Shown: one piece after another, positions 41,289 to 53,765 of the stretch
Position numbering within the stretch: position 1 is the first letter of the stretch
Layout: each line of letters starts with the position of its first letter
Assembly: GCA_043228905.1 (NCBI GenBank)
Contig: JBHGNT010000023.1
Coordinates: 558,001 to 622,000 of the forward strand
Reading direction: 5' to 3'
From: Azolla caroliniana
Lineage: Eukaryota; Plantae; Polypodiophyta
Length of the DNA: 64,000 bases
Notes under the pieces: model-generated
What the model was told of the DNA's origin: nothing
The model's database searches: none
Seen by the model: the letters and a program-made list of their open reading frames with translations, nothing else
Made by a program: the position numbers and the translations under genes

Positions 41289-42333
41289 TTGGGTCGAGAG
41301 ACATCAAGAAATTAGTAAATTACATGAGGGAGTTGAGAAGAGCGCGTGAGTAAATTAAAATGTTCATAGCTGGCTCGTGTGATATCGGATTTTAGTGTTC
41401 AAACATGCGAATCAAAGCTAACAACACTAGCTATGATAAGGAATGAAAAAATCAAGATTTTGAAACTCAGGTCGAGAGACATGAAGAAATTAGTAAATTA
41501 GAGGAGGGTGTTGACAAGAGCGCATGAGTAAATTAAAATGTTCATACCTGGCTCTTGTGATATCGGATTTTAGTGTTCAAAGATGCCAATCGAAGCTAAC
41601 AACACTACCTATGATATGGAATTAAAAAATCAAGATTTCGAAACTTGGGTCGAGAGACATGAAGAAATTAGTAAATTAGGGGAGGGAGTTTAGAAGAGCG
41701 CTTGAGTAAATTAAAATGTCCATAGCTGGCTCGTGTGATATCGGATTTTTATGTTCAAACATGCGAATCGAAGCTAACAACACTAGCTATGATAAGGAAC
41801 GAAAAAATCAAGATTTTGAAACTCAGGTCGTGAGACATGAAGATATTAGTAAATTAGAGGAGGGAGTTGAGAAGAGCGCGTGAGTAAATTAAAATGTTCA
41901 TAGCTGGCTCGTGTGATCCCGGATTTTTATGTTCAAAGATGCGAATCGAAGCTAACAACACTACGTAAGATATGGAATGAAAAAATCGAGATTTTGAAAC
42001 TCAGGTCGAGAGACATCAAGAAATTGGTAAATTACATGAGGGAGTTGAGAAGACCGCTTGAGTAAATTAAAATGTTCATAGCTGGCTCGTGTGATATCGG
42101 ATTTTTGTGTTCAAACATGCGAATCGAAGCTAACAACACTAGCTATGATAAGGAATTAAAAAATCAAGATTTTGAAACTCAGGTCGAGAGACATGAAGAA
42201 ATTAGTAAAGTAGGGGATGGTGTTGACGAGAGCGCGTGAGTAAATTAAAATGTTCATAGCTGGTTCGTGCGATATCGGATTTTAGTGTTCAAACATGCGA
42301 ATCGAAGCTAACAACACTAACTATGATATGGAA

Positions 42334-42357
42334 GGGTTTAGGGTTTAGGGTTTAGGG
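42334..42357 (+). repeat. Interstitial telomeric tract, copy 2 (flank type B)
   Basis: Same 24-mer, followed by TTGGGTCGTGAGACATGAAGATATT. Confidence 0.97.
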
Positions 42358-43579
42358 TTGGGTCGTGAGACATGAAGATATTAGTAAATTAGAGGAGGGA
42401 GTTGAGAAGAGCGCGTGAGTAAATTAAAATGTTCATAGCTGGCTCGTGTGATCCCGGATTTTTATGTTCAAAGATGCGAATCGAAGCTAACAAGACTACG
42501 TATGATATGGAATGAAAAAATCGAAATTTTGAAACTCAGGTCGAGAGACATGAAGAAATTGGTAAATTAGAGGAGGGTATTGCAAGAGCGCGTGAGTAAA
42601 TTAAAATGTTCATAGCTGGCTCGTGTGATATCGGATTTTTGTGTTCAGAGATGCGAATCGAAGCTAACAACACTAGCTATGATATGGAATTAAAAAATCA
42701 AGATTTTGAAACTCAGGTCGAGAGACATGAAGAAATTAGTAAATTAGAGGAGGGTGTTGACAAGAGCGCATGAGTAAATTAAAATGTTCATACCTGGCTC
42801 TTGTGATATCGGATTTTAGTGTTCAAAGATGCCAATCGAATCTAACAACACTAGCTATGATATGGAATTAAAAAATCAAGATTTCGAAACTTGGGTCGAG
42901 AGACATGAAGAAATTAGTAAATTAGGGGAGGGAGTTGAGAAGAGCGCGTGAGTAAATTAAAATGTTCATAGCTGGCTCGTGTGATATCGGATTTTTGTGT
43001 TCAAACATGCGAATCGAAGCTAACAACACTTGCTATGATATGGAATCAAAAAATCAAGATTTTGAAACTCAGGTCGAGAGACATGAAGAAATTAGTAAAT
43101 TAGAGGAGGGTGTTGACAAGAGCGCATGAGTAAATTAAAATGTTCATACCTGGCTCTTGTGATATCGGATTTTAGTGTTCAAAGATGCCAATCGAAGCTA
43201 ACAACACTAGCTATGATATGGAATTAAAAAATCAAAATTTCGAAACTTGGGGTGAGAGACATGAAGAAATTAGTAAATTAGGGGAGGGAGTTGAGAAGAG
43301 CGCGTGAGTAAATTAAAATGTTCATAGCTGGCTCGTGTGATATCGGATTTTTGTGTTCAAACATGCGAATCGAAGCTAACAACACTTGCTATGATATGGA
43401 ATTAAAAAATCAAGATTCTGAAACTCAGGTCGAAAGACATGAAGAAATTAGTAAAGTAGGGGAGGGTGTTGACGAGAGCGCGTGAGTAAATTAAAATGTT
43501 CATAGCTGGTTCGTGCGATATCGGATTTTAGTGTTCAAACATGCGAATCGAAGCTAACAACACTAACTATGATATGGAA

Positions 43580-43603
43580 GGGTTTAGGGTTTAGGGTTTA
43601 GGG
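43580..43603 (+). repeat. Interstitial telomeric tract, copy 3 (flank type A)
   Basis: Same 24-mer, 2315 bp after copy 1. Confidence 0.97.
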
Positions 43604-45715
43604 TTGGGTCGAGAGACATCAAGAAATTAGTAAATTACATGAGGGAGTTGAGAAGAGCGCGTGAGTAAATTAAAATGTTCATAGCTGGCTCGTGTGATAT
43701 CGGATTTTAGTGTTCAAACATGCGAATCGAAGCTAACAACACTAGCTATGATAAGGAATGAAAAAATCAAGATTTTGAAACTCAGGTCGAGAGACATGAA
43801 GAAATTAGTAAATTAGAGGAGGGTGTTGACAAGAGCGCATGAGTAAATTAAAATGTTCATACCTGGCTCTTGTGATATCGGATTTTAGTGTTCAAAGATG
43901 CCAATCGAAGCTAACAACACTACCTATGATATGGAATTAAAAAATCAAGATTTCGAAACTTGGGTCGAGAGACATGAAGAAATTAGTAAATTAGGGGAGG
44001 GAGTTTAGAAGAGCGCTTGAGTAAATTAAAATGTCCATAGCTGGCTCGTGTGATATCGGATTTTTATGTTCAAACATGCGAATCGAAGCTAACAACACTA
44101 GCTATGATAAGGAATGAAAAAATCAAGATTTTGAGACTCAGGTCGTGAGACATGAAGATATTAGTAAATTAGAGGCGGGAGTTGAGAAGAGCGCGTGAGT
44201 AAATTAAAATGTTCATAGCTGGCTCGTGTGATCCCGGATTTTTATGTTCAAAGATGCGAATCGAAGCTAACAACACTACGTATGATATGGAATGAAAAAA
44301 TCGAGATTTTGAAACTCAGGTCGAGAGACATCAAGAAATTGGTAAATTACATGAGGGAGTTGAGAAGACCGCTTGAGTAAATTAAAATGTTCATAGCTGG
44401 CTCGTGTGATATCGGATTTTTGTGTTCAAACATGCGAATCGAAGCTAACAACACTAGCTATGATAAGGAATTAAAAAATCAAGATTTTGAAACTCAGGTC
44501 GAGAGACATGAAGAAATTAGTAAAGTAGGGGATGGTGTTGACGAGAGCGCGTGAGTAAATTAAAATGTTGATAGCTGGCTCGTGTGATATCGGATTTTAG
44601 TGTTCAAACATGCGAATCGAAGCTAACAACACTTGCTATGATATGGAATTAAACAATCAAGATTTTGAAACTCAGGTCGAGAGACATGAAGAAATTGGTA
44701 AATTAGAGGAGGGTATTGCAAGAGCGCGTGAGTAAATTAAAATGTTCATAGCTGGCTCGTGTGATATCGGATTTTTGTGTTCAGAGATGCGAATCGAAGC
44801 TAACAACACTAGCTATGATATGGAATTAAAAAATCAAGATTTTGAAACTCAGGTCGAGAGACATGAAGAAATTAGTAAATTAGAGGAGGGTGTTGACAAG
44901 AGCGCATGAGTAAATTAAAATGTTCATACCTGGCTCTTGTGATATCGGATTTTAGTGTTCAAAGATGCCAATCGAATCTAACAACACTAGCTATGATATG
45001 GAATTAAAAAATCAAGATTTCGAAACTTGGGTCGAGAGACATGAAGAAATTAGTAAATTAGGGGAGGGAGTTGAGAAGAGCGCGTGAGTAAATTAAAATG
45101 TTCATAGCTGGCTCGTGTGATATCGGATTTTTGTGTTCAAACATGCGAATCGAAGCTAACAACACTTGCTATGATATGGAATCAAAAAATCAAGATTTTG
45201 AAACTCAGGTCGAGAGACATGAAGAAATTAGTAAATTAGAGGAGGGTGTTGACAAGAGCGCATGAGTAAATTAAAATGTTCATACCTGGCTCTTGTGATA
45301 TCGGATTTTAGTGTTCAAAGATGCCAATCGAAGCTAACAACACTACCTATGATATGGAATTAAAAAATCAAGATTTCGAAACTTGGGTCGAGAGACATGA
45401 AGAAATTAGTAAATTAGGGGAGGGAGTTTAGAAGAGCGCTTGAGTAAATTAAAATGTTCATAGCTGGCTCGTGTGATATCGGATTTTTGTGTTCAAACAT
45501 GCGAATCGAAGCTAACAACACTAGCTATGATAAGGAATGAAAAAATCAAGATTTTGAAACTCAGGTCGAGAGACATGAAGAAATTAGTAAAGTAGGGGAT
45601 GGTGTTGACGAGAGCGCGTGAGTAAATTAAAATGTTCATAGCTGGTTCGTGCGATATCGGATTTTAGTGTTCAAACATGCGAATCGAAGCTAACAACACT
45701 ACGTATGATATGGAA

Positions 45716-45739
45716 GGGTTTAGGGTTTAGGGTTTAGGG
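45716..45739 (+). repeat. Interstitial telomeric tract, copy 4 (flank B, left ACTACGTATG)
   Basis: Same 24-mer. Confidence 0.97.
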
Positions 45740-46523
45740 TTGGGTCGTGAGACATGAAGATATTAGTAAATTAGAGGAGGGAGTTGAGAAGAGCGCGTGA
45801 GTAAATTAAAATGTTCATAGCTGGCTCGTGTGATCCCGGATTTTTATGTTCAATGATGCGAATCGAAGCTAACAACACTACGTATGATATGGAATGAAAA
45901 AATCGAGATTTTGAAACTCAGGTCGAGAGACATGAAGAAATTGGTAAATTAGAGGAGGGTATTGCAAGAGCGCGTGAGTAAATTAAAATGTTCATACCTG
46001 GCTCGTGTGATATCGGATTTTTGTGTTCAGAGATGCGAATCGAAGCTAACAACACTAGCTATGATATGGAATTAAAAAATCAAGATTTTGAAACTCAGGT
46101 CGAGAGACATAAAGAAATTAGTAAATTAGAGGAGGGTGTTGACAAGAGCGCATGAGTAAATTAAAATGTTCATACCTGGCTCTTGTGATATCGGATTTTA
46201 GTGTTCAAAGATGCCAATTGAATCTAACAACACTAGCTATGATATGGAATTAAAAAATCAAGATTTCGAAACTTGGGTCGAGAGACATGAAGAAATTAGT
46301 AAATTAGGGGAGGGAGTTGAGAAGAGCGCGTGAGTAAATTAAAATGTTCATAGCTGGCTCGTGTGATATCGGATTTTTGTGTTCAAACATGCGAATCGAA
46401 GCTAACAACACTTGCTACGATATGGAATCAAAAAATCAAGATTTTGAGACTCAGGTCGAGAGACATGAAGAAATTAGTAAATTAGGGGAGGGAGTTGATA
46501 AGAGCGCGTGAGTAAATTAAAAT

Positions 46524-46931
46524 GTTAACAATCGAAGCTAACAACACTAGCTATGATATGGAATTAAAAAATCAAGATTTCGAAACTTGGGTCTAGAGAC
46601 ATGAAGAAATTAGTAAATTAGGGGAGGGAGTTGATAAGAGCGCGTGAGTAAATTAAAATGTTAACAATCGAAGCTAACAACACTAGCTATGATATGGAAT
46701 TAAAAAATCAAGATTTCGAAACTTGGGTCTAGAGACATGAAGAAATTAGTAAATTAGGGGAGGGAGTTGATAAGAGCGCGTGAGTAAATTAAAATGTTAA
46801 CAATCGAAGCTAACAACACTAGCTATGATATGGAATTAAAAAATCAAGATTTTGAAACTCAGGTCGAGAGACATGAAGAAATTAGTAAAGTAGGGGATGG
46901 TGTTGACGAGAGCGCGTGAGTAAATTAAAAT
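46524..46931 (+). repeat. Triplet of 136-bp deletion monomer; further triplets start at 47823, 48588, 52487 and 53252
   Basis: GTTAAC at 46524, 46660 and 46796 (period 136). Confidence 0.93.
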
Positions 46932-47013
46932 AATCATAGCTGGTTCGTGCGATATCGGATTTTAGTGTTCAAACATGCGAATCGAAGCTAACAACACTAA
47001 CTATGATATGGAA

Positions 47014-47037
47014 GGGTTTAGGGTTTAGGGTTTAGGG
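47014..47037 (+). repeat. Interstitial telomeric tract, copy 5 (flank B)
   Basis: Same 24-mer. Confidence 0.97.
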
Positions 47038-48312
47038 TTGGGTCGTGAGACATGAAGATATTAGTAAATTAGAGGAGGGAGTTGAGAAGAGCGCGTGAGT
47101 AAATTAAAATGTTCATAGCTGGCTCGTGTGATATCGGATTTTAGTGTTCAAAGATGCCAATCGAATCTAACAACACTAGCTATGATATGGAATTAAAAAA
47201 TCAAGATTTCGAAACTTGGGTCGAGAGACATGAAGAAATTAGTAAATTAGGGGAGGGAGTTGAGAAGAGCGCGTGAGTAAATTAAAATGTTCATAGCTGG
47301 CTCGTGTGATATCGGATTTTTGTGTTCAAACATGCGAATCGAAGCTAACAACACTTGCTATGATATGGAATCAAAAAATCAAGATTTTGAAACTCAGGTC
47401 GAGAGACATGAAGAAATTAGTAAATTAGAGGAGGGTGTTGACAAGAGCGCATGAGTAAATTAAAATGTTCATACCTGGCTCTTGTGATATCGGATTTTAG
47501 TGTTCAAAGATGCCAATTGAATCTAACAACACTAGCTATGATATGGAATTAAAAAATCAAGACTTCGAAACTTGGGTCGAGAGACATGAAGAAATTAGTA
47601 AATTAGGGGAGGGAGTTGAGAAGAGCGCGTGAGTAAATTAAAATGTTCATAGCTGGCTCGTGTGATATCGGATTTTTGTGTTCAAACATGCGAATCGAAG
47701 CTAACAACACTTGCTACGATATGGAATCAAAAAATCAAGATTTTGAGACTCAGGTCGAGAGACATGAAGAAATTAGTAAATTAGGGGAGGGAGTTGATAA
47801 GAGCGCGTGAGTAAATTAAAATGTTAACAATCGAAGCTAACAACACTAGCTATGATATGGAATTAAAAAATCAAGATTTCGAAACTTGGGTCTAGAGACA
47901 TGAAGAAATTAGTAAATTAGGGGAGGGAGTTGATAAGAGCGCGTGAGTAAATTAAAATGTTAACAATCGAAGCTAACAACACTAGCTATGATATGGAATT
48001 AAAAAATCAAGATTTCGAAACTTGGGTCTAGAGACATGAAGAAATTAGTAAATTAGGGGAGGGAGTTGATAAGAGCGCGTGAGTAAATTAAAATGTTAAC
48101 AATCGAAGCTAACAACACTAGCTATGATATGGAATTAAAAAATCAAGATTTTGAAACTCAGGTCGAGAGACATGAAGAAATTAGTAAAGTAGGGGATGGT
48201 GTTGACGAGAGCGCGTGAGTAAATTAAAATAATCATAGCTGGTTCGTGCGATATCGGATTTTAGTGTTCAAACATGCGAATCGAAGCTAACAACACTAAC
48301 TATGATATGGAA

Positions 48313-48336
48313 GGGTTTAGGGTTTAGGGTTTAGGG
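48313..48336 (+). repeat. Interstitial telomeric tract, copy 6 (flank B)
   Basis: Same 24-mer. Confidence 0.97.
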
Positions 48337-49077
48337 TTGGGTCGTGAGACATGAAGATATTAGTAAATTAGAGGAGGGAGTTGAGAAGAGCGCGTGAGTA
48401 AATTAAAATGTTCATAGCTGGCTCGTGTGATATCGGATTTTTGTGTTCAAACATGCGAATCGAAGCTAACAACACTTGCTATGATATCGAATCAAAAAAT
48501 CAAGATTTTGAGACTCAGGTCGAGAGACATGAAGAAATTAGTAAATTAGGGGAGGGAGTTGATAAGAGCGCGTGAGTAAATTAAAATGTTAACAATCGAA
48601 GCTAACAACACTAGCTATGATATGGAATTAAAAAATCCAGATTTCGAAACTTGGGTCTAGAGACATGAAGAAATTAGTAAATTAGGGGAGGGAGTTGATA
48701 AGAGCGCGTGAGTAAATTAAAATGTTAACAATCGAAGCTAACAACACTAGCTCTGATATGGAATTAAAAAATCAAGATTTCGAAACTTGGGTCTAGAGAC
48801 ATGAAGAAATTAGTAAATTAGGGGAGGGAGTTGATAAGAGCGCGTGAGTAAATTAAAATGTTAACAATCGAAGCTAACAACACTAGCTATGATATGGAAT
48901 TAAAAAATCAAGATTTTGAAACTCAGGTCGAGAGACATGAAGAAATTAGTAAAGTAGGGGATGGTGTTGACGAGAGCGCGTGAGTAAATTAAAATGTTCA
49001 TAGCTGGTTCGTGCGATATCGGATTTTAGTGTTCAAACATGCGAATCGAAGCTAACAACACTAACTATGATATGGAA

Positions 49078-49101
49078 GGGTTTAGGGTTTAGGGTTTAGG
49101 G
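49078..49101 (+). repeat. Interstitial telomeric tract, copy 7 (flank B)
   Basis: Same 24-mer. Confidence 0.97.
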
Positions 49102-51678
49102 TTGGGTCGTGAGACATGAAGATATTAGTAAATTAGAGGAGGGAGTTGAGAAGAGCGCGTGAGTAAATTAAAATGTTCATAGCTGGCTCGTGTGATCCCG
49201 GATTTTTATGTTCAAAGATGCGAATCGAAGCTAACAACACTACGTATGATATGGAATGAAAAAATCGAGATTTTGAAACTCAGGACGAGAGACATGAAGA
49301 AATTGGTAAATTAGAGGAGGGTATTGCAAGAGCGCGTGAGTAAATTAAAATGTTCATAGCTGGCTCGTGTGATATCGGATTTTTGTGTTCAGAGATGCAA
49401 ATCGAAGCTAACAACACTAGCTATGATATGGAATTAAAAAATCAAGATTTTGAAACTCAGGTCGAGAGACATCAAGAAATTAGTAAATTACATGACGGAG
49501 TTGAGAAGCGCGCGTGAGTAAATTAAAATGTTCATAGCTGGCTCGTGTGATACCGGATTTTTGTGTTCAAAGATGCCAATCGAAGCTAACAACACTAGCT
49601 ATGATATGAAATGAAAAAATCAAGATTTTGAAACTCAGGTCGAAAGCGCGTGAGTAAATTAAAATGTTCATAGCTGGCTCGTGTGATATCGGATTTTTGT
49701 GTTCAAACATGCGAATCGAAGCTAACAACACTTGCTATGATATGGAATTAAAAAATCAAGATTTTGAAACTCAGGTCGAGAGACATGAAGAAATTAGTAA
49801 AGTAGGGGAGGGAGTTGAGAAGAGCGCGTGAGTAAATTAAAATGTTCATAGCTGGCTCGTGTGATATCGGATTTTAGTGTTCAAACATGCGAATCGAAGC
49901 TAACAACACTAACTATGATATGGAATTAAAAAATCAAGATTTTGAAACTTGGTTCTAGAGATATCAAGAAATTAGTAAATTACATGAGGGAGTTGAGAAG
50001 AGCGCGTGAGTAAATTAAAATGTTCATAGCTGGCTCGTGTGATATCGGATTTTAGTGTTCAAACATGCGAATCAAAGCTAACAACACTAGCTATGATAAG
50101 GAATGAAAAAATCAAGATTTTGAAACTCAGGTCGAGAACCATGAAGATATTAGTAAATTAGAGGAGGGAGTTGAGAAGAGCGCGTGAGTAAATTAAAATG
50201 TTCATAGCTGGCTCGTGTGATCCCGGATTTTTATGTTCAAAGATGCGAATCGAAGCTAACAACACTACGTATGATATGGAATTAAAAAATCAAGATTTTG
50301 AAACTCAGGTCGAGAGACATGAAGAAATTAGTAAATTAGAGGAGGGTGTTGACAAGAGCGCATGAGTAAATTAAAATTTTCATACCTGGCTCTTGGGATA
50401 TCGGATTTTAGTGTTCAAAGATGCGAATCGAAGCTAACAACACTACCTCTAATATGGAATTAAAAAATCAAGATTTCGAAACTTGGGTCGAGAGACATGA
50501 AGAAATTAGCAAATTAGTAAATTAAAATGTTCATAGCTGGCTCGTGTCATATCGGATTTTTGTGTTCAAACATGCGAATCAAAGCTAACAACACTAGCTA
50601 TGATAAGGAATGAAAAAATCAATATTTTGAAACTCAGGTCGAGAGACATGAAGAAATTAGTAAATTAGAGGAGGGTGTTGACGAGAGCGCGTGAGTAAAT
50701 TAAAATGTTCATAGCTGGCTCGTGTGATATCGGATTTTTGTGTTCAGAGATGCGAATCGAAGCTAACAACACTAGCTATGATATGGAATTAAAAAATCAA
50801 AATTTTGAAACTCAGGTCGAGAGACATGAAGAAATTAGTAAATTAGAGGAGGGTGTTGACAAGAGCGCATGAGTAAATTAAAATGTTCATACCTGGCTCT
50901 TGTGATATCGGATTTTAGTGTTCAAAGATGCCAATCGAAGCTAACAACACTAGCTATGATATGGAATTAAAAAATCAAAATTTCGAAACTTGGGTCGAGA
51001 GACATGAAGAAATTAGTAAATTAGGGGAGGGAGTTGAGAAGAGCGCGTGAGTAAATTAAAATGTTCAGAGCTGGCTCGTGTGATATCGGATTTTTGTGTT
51101 CAAACATGCGAATCCAAGCTAACAACACTAGCTATGATAAGGAATGAAAAAATCAAGATTTTGAAACTCAGGTCGAGAGACATGAAGAAATTAGTAAATT
51201 ACATGAGGGTGTTGATAAGAGCGCATGAGTAAATTAAAATGTTCATACCTGGCTCTTGTGATATCGGATTTTAGTGTTCAAAGATGCCAATCGAAGCTAA
51301 CAACACTACCTATGATATGGAATTAAAAAATCAAGATTTCGAAACTTGGGTCGAGAGACATGAAGAAATTAGTAAATTAGGGGAGGGAGTTTAGAAGAGC
51401 GCTTGAGTAAATTAAAATGTTCATAGCTGGCTCGTGTGATATCGGATTTTTGTGTTCAAACATGCGAATCGAAGCTAACAACACTAGCTATGATAAGGAA
51501 TGAAAAAATCAAGATTTTGAAACTCAGGTCGAGAGACATGAAGAAATTAGTAAAGTAGGGGATGGTGTTGACGAGAGCGCGTGAGTAAATTAAAATGTTC
51601 ATAGCTGGTTCGTGCGATATCGGATTTTAGTGTTCAAACATGCGAATCGAAGCTAACAACACTACGTATGATATGGAA

Positions 51679-51702
51679 GGGTTTAGGGTTTAGGGTTTAG
51701 GG
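51679..51702 (+). repeat. Interstitial telomeric tract, copy 8 (flank B, left ACTACGTATG)
   Basis: Same 24-mer. Confidence 0.97.
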
Positions 51703-52976
51703 TTGGGTCGTGAGACATGAAGATATTAGTAAATTAGAGGAGGGAGTTGAGAAGAGCGCGTGAGTAAATTAAAATGTTCATAGCTGGCTCGTGTGATCCC
51801 GGATTTTTATGTTCAAAGATGCGAATCGAAGCTAACAACACTACGTATGATATGGAATGAAAAAATCGAGATTTTGAAACTCAGGTCGAGAGACATGAAG
51901 AAATTGGTAAATTAGAGGAGGGTATTGCAAGAGCGCGTGAGTAAATTAAAATGTTCATACCTGGCTCGTGTGATATCGGATTTTTGTGTTCAGAGATGCG
52001 AATCGAAGCTAACAACACTAGCTATGATATGGAATTAAAAAATCAAGATTTTGAAACTCAGGTCGAGAGACATAAAGAAATTAGTAAATTAGAGGAGGGT
52101 GTTGACAAGAGCGCATGAGTAAATTAAAATGTTCATACCTGGCTCTTGTGATATCGGATTTTAGTGTTCAAAGATGCCAATTGAATCTAACAACACTAGC
52201 TATGATATGGAATTAAAAAATCAAGATTTCGAAACTTGGGTCGAGAGACATGAAGAAATTAGTAAATTAGGGGAGGGAGTTGAGAAGAGCGCGTGAGTAA
52301 ATTAAAATGTTCATAGCTGGCTCGTGTGATATCGGATTTTTGTGTTCAAACATGCGAATCGAAGCTAACAACACTTGCTACGATATGGAATCAAAAAATC
52401 AAGATTTTGAGACTCAGGTCGAGAGACATGAAGAAATTAGTAAATTAGGGGAGGGAGTTGATAAGAGCGCGTGAGTAAATTAAAATGTTAACAATCGAAG
52501 CTAACAACACTAGCTATGATATGGAATTAAAAAATCAAGATTTCGAAACTTGGGTCTAGAGACATGAAGAAATTAGTAAATTAGGGGAGGGAGTTGATAA
52601 GAGCGCGTGAGTAAATTAAAATGTTAACAATCGAAGCTAACAACACTAGCTATGATATGGAATTAAAAAATCAAGATTTCGAAACTTGGGTCTAGAGACA
52701 TGAAGAAATTAGTAAATTAGGGGAGGGAGTTGATAAGAGCGCGTGAGTAAATTAAAATGTTAACAATCGAAGCTAACAACACTAGCTATGATATGGAATT
52801 AAAAAATCAAGATTTTGAAACTCAGGTCGAGAGACATGAAGAAATTAGTAAAGTAGGGGATGGTGTTGACGAGAGCGCGTGAGTAAATTAAAATAATCAT
52901 AGCTGGTTCGTGCGATATCGGATTTTAGTGTTCAAACATGCGAATCGAAGCTAACAACACTAACTATGATATGGAA

Positions 52977-53000
52977 GGGTTTAGGGTTTAGGGTTTAGGG
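52977..53000 (+). repeat. Interstitial telomeric tract, copy 9 (flank B)
   Basis: Same 24-mer. Confidence 0.97.
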
Positions 53001-53741
53001 TTGGGTCGTGAGACATGAAGATATTAGTAAATTAGAGGAGGGAGTTGAGAAGAGCGCGTGAGTAAATTAAAATGTTCATAGCTGGCTCGTGTGATATCGG
53101 ATTTTTGTGTTCAAACATGCGAATCGAAGCTAACAACACTTGCTATGATATCGAATCAAAAAATCAAGATTTTGAGACTCAGGTCGAGAGACATGAAGAA
53201 ATTAGTAAATTAGGGGAGGGAGTTGATAAGAGCGCGTGAGTAAATTAAAATGTTAACAATCGAAGCTAACAACACTAGCTATGATATGGAATTAAAAAAT
53301 CCAGATTTCGAAACTTGGGTCTAGAGACATGAAGAAATTAGTAAATTAGGGGAGGGAGTTGATAAGAGCGCGTGAGTAAATTAAAATGTTAACAATCGAA
53401 GCTAACAACACTAGCTCTGATATGGAATTAAAAAATCAAGATTTCGAAACTTGGGTCTAGAGACATGAAGAAATTAGTAAATTAGGGGAGGGAGTTGATA
53501 AGAGCGCGTGAGTAAATTAAAATGTTAACAATCGAAGCTAACAACACTAGCTATGATATGGAATTAAAAAATCAAGATTTTGAAACTCAGGTCGAGAGAC
53601 ATGAAGAAATTAGTAAAGTAGGGGATGGTGTTGACGACAGCGCGTGAGTAAATTAAAATGTTCATAGCTGGTTCGTGCGATATCGGATTTTAGTGTTCAA
53701 ACATGCGAATCGAAGCTAACAACACTAACTATGATATGGAA

Positions 53742-53765
53742 GGGTTTAGGGTTTAGGGTTTAGGG
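53742..53765 (+). repeat. Interstitial telomeric tract, copy 10 (flank B)
   Basis: Same 24-mer. Confidence 0.97.

Larger units (their letters stand above)
40800..44560 (+). repeat. 13-monomer (2315 bp offset) duplication carrying telomeric copies 1 and 3
   Basis: TTCTGAAACT at 41101 and 43416; ATGTCCATAG and AGACCGCTTG variants in both copies. Confidence 0.82.
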
